Below are positions 53,329-64,000 of a DNA stretch of 64,000 nucleotides, piece by piece. The DNA lies in NCBI RefSeq assembly GCF_009914755.1, contig NC_060934.1; one strand, 5' to 3'. Source of the stretch: the human T2T-CHM13v2.0 reference genome, Homo sapiens. Under the pieces are notes generated by a model, which did not search any database, was not told where the DNA came from, and worked only from the letters and a program-made list of their open reading frames with translations. The first letter of the stretch is position 1. Each line of letters begins with the position of its first letter. Made by a program: the position numbers and the translations under genes.

Positions 53329-53823
53329 TGTGTTGAATTAAAAATAGCTGTAAATCTTTTGCCATACTTCCCATCAAGAGGTAGAGTCTATTCCCTTTTG
53401 CTGAATTAGGTGGAGCTTTGTGACATGCTATAATCAATAAAATGAAGTGGAAGTTGTGCTTGTTCTGTTTGGGGCTAGGCTTTAAAGAGGTCTGGTAGTT
53501 TTTGTTCTTGCTCTCTCATAGAACTGAGCTGCTATGCTGTAAGGAAGGCAGTCTAGACTGTGAGAGGAAAAGAGGCTACATAAAAACTGAAGCACCCCGG
53601 CTGACAGCACCAACTTCCATTCATGTGAATGAGATCATCTTTGATGTTCCATTTCCAGCTGAATTCAGCCTTATGAGGGTTCGTGATAATACCATGTGAG
53701 GCACGGATGAACCACCCATGCTGAGCCCTGTCCAAATAGAATCTGGAGAAAACATAAGGTCGTTTTGTTTTAAGCTACTAAGCTTTGGGTAGGTTTGTTA
53801 TACAGCAATAGGTAACTGAAACA
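53329..53823. mobile_element. MLT1-type (MaLR) solo LTR inserted in a MIR
   Basis: TG...CA ends; 3' motif tttaagctactaag...ttgttatacagcaataggtaactgaaaca; TSD-like CCCAT/TCCAT. Confidence 0.75.
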
Positions 53824-54071
53824 TCCATATTGTGAATGAGAAACTGAGGCTCAGAAAGGCTAAGCAACTTGTCCATGGTCAGGAGCTAGGAAGTGAGACA
53901 ACCTAGATTCAAACCCAGGACCATCTGACACCAAAAGCCATGATCATAACCAGCGAACTACACAGTGCCTCCTATGGAATAACCAAATTCTGAAGAATAA
54001 TTCACAAATTAAATTTTTGTTCTTTCCTTATTTCAGACATTACCTAATGTAGGCTGAACTAATAAAAATCA

Positions 54072-54590
<519 letters not shown>

Positions 54591-55254
54591 GAGGCAAAAG
54601 TGATCTCTGCCAAGATCTCACCTCTTGAAATTGAAAGGAGGCATCTCACTGGAAGGTGGGTACAGACCTCTAAATTTTCTTTCTGTTTTTCAAAAACAAA
54701 GATGAAAATGAACACGTTCTGCTCTCACCTTTAGGAAACCAGAGATACATTAACACTTAGGGTGGTGAATGGAAATTGACAACAGGTGGTTGGTTGTCTC
54801 TTTGAAATTCTCCAGATGAAGCATTCTGGGAGAAAAAAAAAAAGGTTGATTTTATTACAACATTTTCTGGGTCACAAAGAATTTGAGGTTTTCTAGGAAA
54901 CCTGACTTATAAATGTGTATCTTTCTAACAGGAGTACATTTGTGTTTCAAAGCGTCTTTAAACCCATCATTTTCTAAAATTTCTTACTGCATGAAAAGCT
55001 GCTGGAGCCATTTATTCAACAAGCAGGTAGTGACACCTACTCCATGCAAGTCTCTAAGAACTCCCTGTATCAAAATCATGAAGTATTTTTATTTCAGTGT
55101 GTAGGAATTCTTGCTCAGAAGTCACTTATTTTATAAACCTCACCCCATCCAGAAGAGAGCCCCAACTGGAAAAGGAAGAAGACAGTGCCACTGAGCAGTT
55201 AAAATCGGCATATCACAGAGTCTGTACATTTCAACTTGAGTTCTTTGCTCATAG

Positions 55255-55752
<498 letters not shown>

Positions 55753-57480
55753 TCTATTCATGTTTATTTTTGACCTAATTCTAACCAGTATAATTCTCCC
55801 ATTTCCCAGCCTGCAGTAGATTAGCGGCAACAAATGGGAAGGGAGAGTTGTGTTTGGAGCAGGAACACTGAAGACAGTAAGAATATCCACCAACAGCAAG
55901 TTTTGGAGAGGGATAAAAAAAAAAACAACTGACTCAAAAAAGCATCAGGTTCTGGGGTCACTTTGGTTGGATACAAGTAACTGCAACCTCAAGTGCTCTT
56001 GAGGGCATGAATGCAGTAGAATGCAGTGTGGCAGTGGATATTCAGGAAGTGACCCTTAAAAGATTACATTGCATTTCGTTTAAGAAGGCAGAGAAGCACA
56101 TAACTCATTTCAGAGGTAACATAAAACAAACTCAGAAAAATTATGTATGTGACACCTTATTCCTTTACAGTAAAGGAGAAGTCACTGCAATTTTATAGTC
56201 GATTGTTGTACCACTGAGCTCTATCCCCCAACACCGTAATTTTGAAGAGCAGAACTATACCCATGTGAAAACAATGCAAGCAACATGGACTTTCCTTGGT
56301 TCACTACTTAAAGCTGTCCAAGGTGAGATGTTTGATGAAGGAATACAGAACTGAGCATGAGCATATTTTCATCCCCAGGTATTTTGTGTTGGCTCCCCTG
56401 AAACACAGGTAAAGGGATGAAAAGCAGAGATGAAATGACCCATCCAAGATCTCTCAGCAAAACCATCAGCCCAGACAAGAAAAGAAGACCCAGAGGGAGG
56501 GGAATACCTGGTACATGGTGGGCACTCGCTAATATTTACAAAAGGGGGGAAGAAAACAGAAAGACTATTAGCTATTTGTGAGAAAGCATTTGTTCTAAGA
56601 GTTTGCCAAGACTCTCAGCTGTAACAGAAGCAGAGACCTGTGGTCACAGGGTCACAGATGGCTGTAAGTGGCTCTGGAACCCGATGTGATCCAAATGAAA
56701 GAAACAGTCTCCAAGGAATGAAGCAATGGTGGGAACACCCCCATCTCCCTACAATGAGCAAGGAGGGATGGCATTTAGGAACAGGAGATGTTAATATAAA
56801 GTGTGTTGAGTAACTTCTAAATACTACTACTTAGTTCTCCTGTGGCACTTTCCCACTTCAAAAGCGCTTTACAAACATTAACTAATTAAATCAGCATGAC
56901 TTCTGGAAGGGAAAATTGAGCCTCTTTAATCTGTTTGAATTCTCAGAAAAAGCTAATAAAATTAAGGTATAATGTTCATGAAAAGGAGTACACAGAACCA
57001 TAAACAGCTTTTGTGAGGGATTAAATATCGAAGTGTGGTGGTGGCATTTGATGAGCTCAGAAGCTATTTATGGCGATGTTATGTGACTGCTCCAACATCA
57101 ACCACTGAAGACTGAGTTGCAAATACCATGCAGGCTCTCTGGAAGGAGCCTGTGGCTGGCTGTGGTCACCTGTCATAAGGTGTTTTTTTGTTTGTTTGTT
57201 TGTTTGTTTCTGGGCAGGACCCTGAGCCCTGGGCTGATGGAAGCAGGAAGGAGGAGGACATCTGCCTCGTGGGCCAACCAAGCTCTATTCACCATTTTTA
57301 CAGAAGGAGTCAGCTAAAGAGGTGCAGGGGTCAGACACCTTCCCAGTGCCCTGCCTACCAGAGCTCAGAGCTGGGAAGGTGTCTGATCTCCCTGGTCTAG
57401 AGCAGGACAATTTGCTTCCATTCAGCTACTTGGTTGCTGCTGCCACTTCAGAAATGTTTTTAAATAGTCACAGTGAGTAA

Positions 57481-57833
<353 letters not shown>

Positions 57834-58719
57834 TAGAAGTAAAAGGGAGACTTTGTGATTCTCTAGTGAAGGAAACAGAAGGCAATCAGTTGAAAGTGCA
57901 CAGGAAGGGGGAGTTTTGGTTTGCTGTATAAGAATTCCTGGGATTCGGCATTCTGCTGGTCCTGTTTTTGACCTCGGCCATCAGTATACCACAGTACTGG
58001 CCACTCATTCAAACTGCCCTTCATGACTTGGAATCCCAGTGACTCAGAGGACTACCCTTTCTGAGGAAGATGTGGAGTTGAAGCAAAGACAATTATTTTA
58101 TAGCTGTAAATGGAAGCTACAGGAAAAGGGGAAGAAAATAGAGTCAGAGGTTTAAGAGGCTATGCTATTGCTCCAAGTGGGTCACTGAAAAGCTGAGTGA
58201 CCCCAGGCAAGACCCTACCCCATGTGACCTTCACTTTCTTGCTGAAGCAGGAGGCAGGTCAGGGTGATCCCAAGGGTCCTCCTGGCTCTAACATTCTCAG
58301 ATTCTGTGATCACACATGGTAAGCCTAAGGGAGTTGGGTGCTTAGGCAGAGATTACATGCTTGATGGTAGAGTCACCAGGCTCTGTAAATTATATGACTG
58401 CAGTTGGGTATTTAGACAAGCTGGCCCAAAGGTGGAGTAGGTGACTTTCCATGTGCTGTTACCAAAAACATATCCCCTCTGCAACATCTACCATTACTGT
58501 CATTCTGAGGCACCAAGGCCGCAGGAAAAACACAAATAGGTCACGTCACAGAACAATAACTCTGAGCATCTTCCAAGATGACGACATGGATTAGTTTAAA
58601 GCAGAGGCTGAAAACCTGAGCCAAATCCAGTGTGTGGTTTTGGGTTCTGTTTGGTCATTGAATTTTCTTTCATTTTAAAACATTTGAGTTAATTTCCACT
58701 ATGTTAAGAATAAGCGTAT

Positions 58720-59775
58720 TGTATTAGTTCATTCTCACATTGCTATAAAGAACGACCTGAGACTGGGTAATTTATAAAGAAAAGAGACTGGGTGCAGTGG
58801 CTCACGCCTGTAATCCCAGCACTTTGGGAGGCCGAGGCGGGCAGATCACAAGGTCAGGAGATCGAGACCATCCTGGCTAACATGGTGAAACCCCGTCTCT
58901 ACTAAAAAATACAAAAAATTAGCCGGGTGTGGTGGCGGGCGCCTGTAGTCCCAGCTATTTGGGAGACGAGGCAGCAGAATGGCGTGAACCTTGGAGGCGG
59001 AGCTTGCAGTGAGCCAAGATCACGCCACTGCACTCCAGCCTGGGCGACTGAGTGAGACTCCATCTCAAAAAAAAAAAAAAAAAAAAAAGAAAGAAAGAAA
59101 AGAAAAGAGGCTGGGTTTAATGTGTTTAAAAACACTTTTAAAATTAGCAATATGGCCCGGTGCAGACTCGCACCTGTAATCCCAGCACTTTGGGGTGCCG
59201 ATCCTGAGGTCAGGAGTTCAAGACCAGCCTGGCCAACATGGCGAAACCCCACCTCTACTAAAAATGCAAAAATTAGCCAGGCATGATGGCAGGCGCTCGT
59301 AATCCCAGCTTCTCAGGAGGCTGAGGCAGGAGAATCACTTGAGCCCAGGAGGCAGAGGTCGCAGTGAGCCAAGATGGTGCCACTGCACTACAGCCTGGGT
59401 AACAGAATGGGACTCCATCTCAAAAAGAAAGAAAGAAAGAAAGAAAAAATAAAAGGGAAGAGGTTTAACTGGTTCATGGTTCCACAGGCTGTACAGGAAG
59501 TATGTCTGGGTGGCCTCAGGAAGCTTAAAATCATGGCAGAAGGCAAAGGGGAGGCAAGCTCGTCTTACCATGTGGAGCAGGAGAGAGAGTGAAGGGGGAG
59601 GCACTACACACTTTTAAACAACCAGATCTTGTGAGAACTCACTCACTATCATGAGAACAGCAAGGGGAAAATCTGCCCCCATGATCTAATCACCTCCCAC
59701 CAGGTCCCTCCTTCAACACTGGGAATTACAATGCAACATGAGATTTGGGTGGGGACACAGAGCCAAACCATAACA
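58720..59775. mobile_element. MSTA/THE1-type MaLR solo LTR interrupted by AluY (58787-59100) and AluS (59154-59453)
   Basis: Start tgtattagttcattctcacattgctataaagaa, end gggtggggacacagagccaaaccataaca; TSD-like CGTAT/GGTAT. Confidence 0.88.
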
Positions 59776-59803
59776 GGTATTTTAGCTAAAAACTTGAATT
59801 CCC

Positions 59804-59807
<4 letters not shown>

Positions 59808-59842
<35 letters not shown>
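59808..59842. repeat. (TG)n microsatellite
   Basis: About 17 TG units. Confidence 0.95.
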
Positions 59843-59843
<1 letters not shown>

Positions 59844-59890
59844 TTTTAACACAAATGACATGGTTGCACTGGGCTCATTTCTTCATGTCA

Positions 59891-60208
<318 letters not shown>

Positions 60209-61949
60209 TCAGCTGGAGGTGAGGGGTGACCACCCCTCCTGAAGGGGCCTGTGTGCTCCAGGTCCCCATGAGGCTGACCTGGTCACTCACATGACCTGTT
60301 TGAGCCTTGAGGCATCTGAATCTAAGATGATATCATGAAGAACAGGCATTCTAAATATTATATCTATCAAGTTGGGCAGCACGAGAAGGTGGGGGTGTAA
60401 GCTCTCTTTTCTCCCAGGAGCTAACAAAGTGGAAGTGCCTCAGTGGCACCCTTGGGTTCTCACTGCTTGCTGCTCTTGAAAAAAAAAAACAACCAACATC
60501 TAACAAGACTGCCCCATCTGGTTTGCACCATCGTTAGAGTACTTAGAACCCAAGTCACATCAGAAAAGCCCTGTGCTGGGGGAAGGGCCTTGAAGCAGAA
60601 TGACCTCCCTCTCTTCTTCCTCCCCAGTTTAGAGATCCAGCCACCATGAAGCCAAGGAATGTAAGGGAACAAATGACAGGCAAGTGGTGAAAACAACACG
60701 AACAGCCACATCCACCCCATGTGTTATGAGTCAGCAAGAGCTTTCACAATCATCTCCCCACTGCCTGTCCGATTTTACAGATATGGAAACTGAGGCTCAG
60801 CGGCCCCAGAGTGACAAGGCTGGAGAAAACAGAAATAGGATCAGGAGAACAGCCTATATCTTCTGTTGCAAGGCCTGTGTTTCTGCACCCAGAGAGTTGG
60901 TGGCAGACACAGTGGACTGGTGTTTACCCTGACCAGATGGGGAACAGTGAGAGAACACGGGCATGTGTCCCTGGAGGCAAAGGTGAGTTCTTTAGCTCCA
61001 GGAGAAGAGCAAAGAAGAAAGATGAAGGCAATAACTGCCCCGGAGAGGAAAATTCCAGCCCTGTTTCAGTCCTGTGGCAGGGAAGAAGGATTAAAAACAG
61101 CAAAATTGCACAGATCAATTCACTTGACAGCAGTTCAACATTCCAGTTAAAATTTTCTTTAAAGAACAAATCTTTGCATGTCAAAAAGGAGGAGAGGGAC
61201 AGAAAAGCAGAACTGGGACTGTATAGCACAGTGGCTCAGAAATGAAGAGACAGGCACTGCCACACCAGGATGATCACTCAAGGGTGTGACCGGAGAAGAA
61301 CAAGAGAAGCAGACTGTTCTGACAGACGTGGCACCAAGGAGAGAGAGGAGTAACAGCTGACGATGAGCCAGGGAACAGGGTCTGATGACAACCCTGGGAA
61401 GGCAGGTCCAGAGAATGGAGTCACCACTGACAGGAAACATGCTCAGAACATCTGGCTTCTCCCTTGCTTTCTAACACTGGTGTTTTTGTGCAAGTAAAAA
61501 TAAGATTCTCTCCTCTACAGTCTCTCTGCCCAAGCCAGACTACCCTGTGTGCTGCCCCTAGACACATAGCCTGTCTCCTCCAAGCCTGTCTCCCCGAGAA
61601 CTTCTTCTCCTCTTCCGTCCCCTTGCATCTGCCCATTAATTTTGGCACCTCTCCAAGCCACCTTTTCCTGCAGTGACATTTTCCTTCCAGATGTCCTATC
61701 AGGAGTTCTAAAATTTTGCATTATTGCTGTTATTCACTAAATGTAACTAAACCTGCTTTACTAACACTAATACAAACAGTTAACACTAAAATAGTATCCT
61801 AACGGTCTTACATATATTAACTCATTTAATCTTTGACCACAACTCTACGAGGCAGGGACTATGACTAACTCCATTTAACAGGTAAAAAAACTAAGGCAAA
61901 CAGAGGTTAAATGATTTGTCCAAGGCCAGCCAGCTGGTAAGATGGTGTG

Positions 61950-62340
61950 TATGTCAGTCTGCTGGGGCTGCCACAACAAAATACCACAGACTAGGTGCTT
62001 AAACAACAGACATTTATTTTCTCATTGTCCAGGGGCTAGAAATCCAAGATCAGGGTGCCATTAGAGTTGGTTTCTAGTGAGGGCTTTCTTCTTGGCTTAT
62101 AGATGGCTGTCTCCTCCTTATGTCCTCACATGGCCTTTCCTCTGTGCCCATGAGGAAAGAAAGAAAGATCTGGTGTCCCTCTTCTGAAAAGGACACCAGC
62201 CATATTGGATTAGGGGTCCACCTTTATGACCTCATTTAAACTTAATCTCTTCCCTAAAGGTTCTGTCTCTAAATACAGTCATATTGGGGGTTAAGACTTC
62301 AACATATGAATTTTGGAGGAACATAATTCAGTCCATAACA
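61950..62340. mobile_element. MLT1A/B-type MaLR solo LTR
   Basis: gggctgccacaacaaaataccacagact...cataattcagtccataaca; TSD GTGTG at 61945-61949 and 62341-62345. Confidence 0.8.
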
Positions 62341-62457
62341 GTGTGGAATGACTTTTTTTTCATTCATTCATTTACTGAGCAACTAAGAATTGCTACTCTT
62401 AGGTTAAATGGCTGGAGACATAGCAGTGAAAAAGGCAAACATTGGCTTTGTTCTTAA

Positions 62458-62760
<303 letters not shown>

Positions 62761-63636
62761 TTAGGAATTTAAGTCTAGAGGGAGAGGGTAGCAGCAGGCA
62801 AGGAACAGGTAAACACATCAATCAGCTGGATAATTCAGACAGTGTTAAGTGCTACAAGGTCATAGAATGTGTGACTGGGACTGTTTTGGCCAAGCATGTG
62901 CAGAACCAGGGAAAGAGATTCCCAGGCAGAACAAAGACAAGGGCAAGGGCCTTGAGGCAGGAATGTGTAGCATATTAGAGGAACCGAGGAAGGCTCCTTT
63001 GGCTGAGTCAAGGAGAGAGTGAAAGAAGAGCTTGGAAAGGAAGCAGGCAACAGGCCATAGAATGGCTTCGTAGGCTACGAGAGGGAGTTTATATTTATTC
63101 TAAGAGCAATGGGCAGCCACAAGAGTTTGCGATCTGATCAATGCTTTTAAAAGACCCCTGTAGCAGTGTAAAGATACCTCATAGCAATGTAAGAGTGCAA
63201 ATAGGGACCCCAGTGAGGAGGCTCTTCGTTCGTTCACCCAGCAAATATTTAAGGAGCACCTACCTGCCACATAATGTGCTGAAACCCACTCTCAGGGAGC
63301 ACAGAGCCTCCTGGGTTGCAGGATGGGACCTCACCTGCCATATGTGCTCCTAGTGCGGGATACTTCTAATCTTCCACTGAAATGTCAAATGAATCAAGAC
63401 ATTCCTGAGGGCTAAACTTTGTGGTCCAGGCTGCCTGTGGGGAAGGAGGTCAGAAGAAAGAAAGCGCTGGCCGGGGTGAGAGCCAGACTGTGCCCATGGC
63501 AACTTTGAAGATGTGGAACTCAATCCTGGCATTCAAAGATGAGCATAGGAGAGAAGCAGGTGCCTTTCTTCCAATGGCTGCAGAACCATGTCTAAACACC
63601 TCCCCATGCACATATGTATTTATAAACAACACTTCA

Positions 63637-63925
63637 GGCTGAGCACCAGCTCATGCCTGTAATCCAGCACTTTGGGAGGGAGAGAAAGGAGGATCGCTTG
63701 GAGCCAGGAGTTCCAAATCAGCCTGGGCAATGTAGTAAGACCCCTGTCTCTATAAAAAATTTAAAAAATAGCTGCACGTAGTGTTGCACACCTGCAATCC
63801 TAGTTACTCAAAAGGCCGAGGCTGGAGGATCACTTGAGCCCAGGAGCTTGAGGCTGCTGAGAGCTACAGTTGCACTACCACGCTCCATCCTGGGTGAGAG
63901 AGCAAGGCCTTATCTCAAAAAAAAA
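63637..63925 (+). mobile_element. AluJ
   Basis: Diverged dimer with AluJ-type gaggatcacttgagcccaggag. Confidence 0.85.
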
Positions 63926-64000
63926 ATTTTTTTTTAAAGAACACATGATACTGTTAGAGTACTTTCAAATATAACTACATAAATGTCTCATGAAAGTACA

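Overview
Primate (almost certainly human, 10q25.3) genomic DNA, not a microbial window. The only supportable protein-coding gene is the homeobox gene VAX1 on the minus strand. Isoform a (CDS exons 46305-46545, 44961-45148, 42497-43072) encodes 334 aa. Isoform b (the same first two exons plus 40929-40966 and 40698-40791) encodes 186 aa and lacks the DNA-recognition helix. VAX1 sits in CpG islands spanning about 40-49.5 kb. A second small CpG-rich promoter at about 34.3-34.7 kb has a perfect minus-strand splice donor and is probably the distal non-coding first exon of SHTN1 (KIAA1598). It abuts a near-perfect 20 x 28-bp CpG-rich minisatellite. The rest is intronic or intergenic DNA rich in Alu, L1, MaLR LTR, MER and MIR/L2 repeats, and nearly all other ORFs in the track are spurious. 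I see no new gene system. The most interesting structures are: (1) an apparent Alu-Alu recombination inversion of about 0.65 kb at 12.1-12.8 kb, shown by target-site duplications found in opposite orientations and a shared-variant tract; (2) the promoter VNTR; (3) the homeodomain-truncated VAX1 isoform; (4) a ~160-bp local direct duplication. Repeat subfamily names and boundaries are by eye and approximate.
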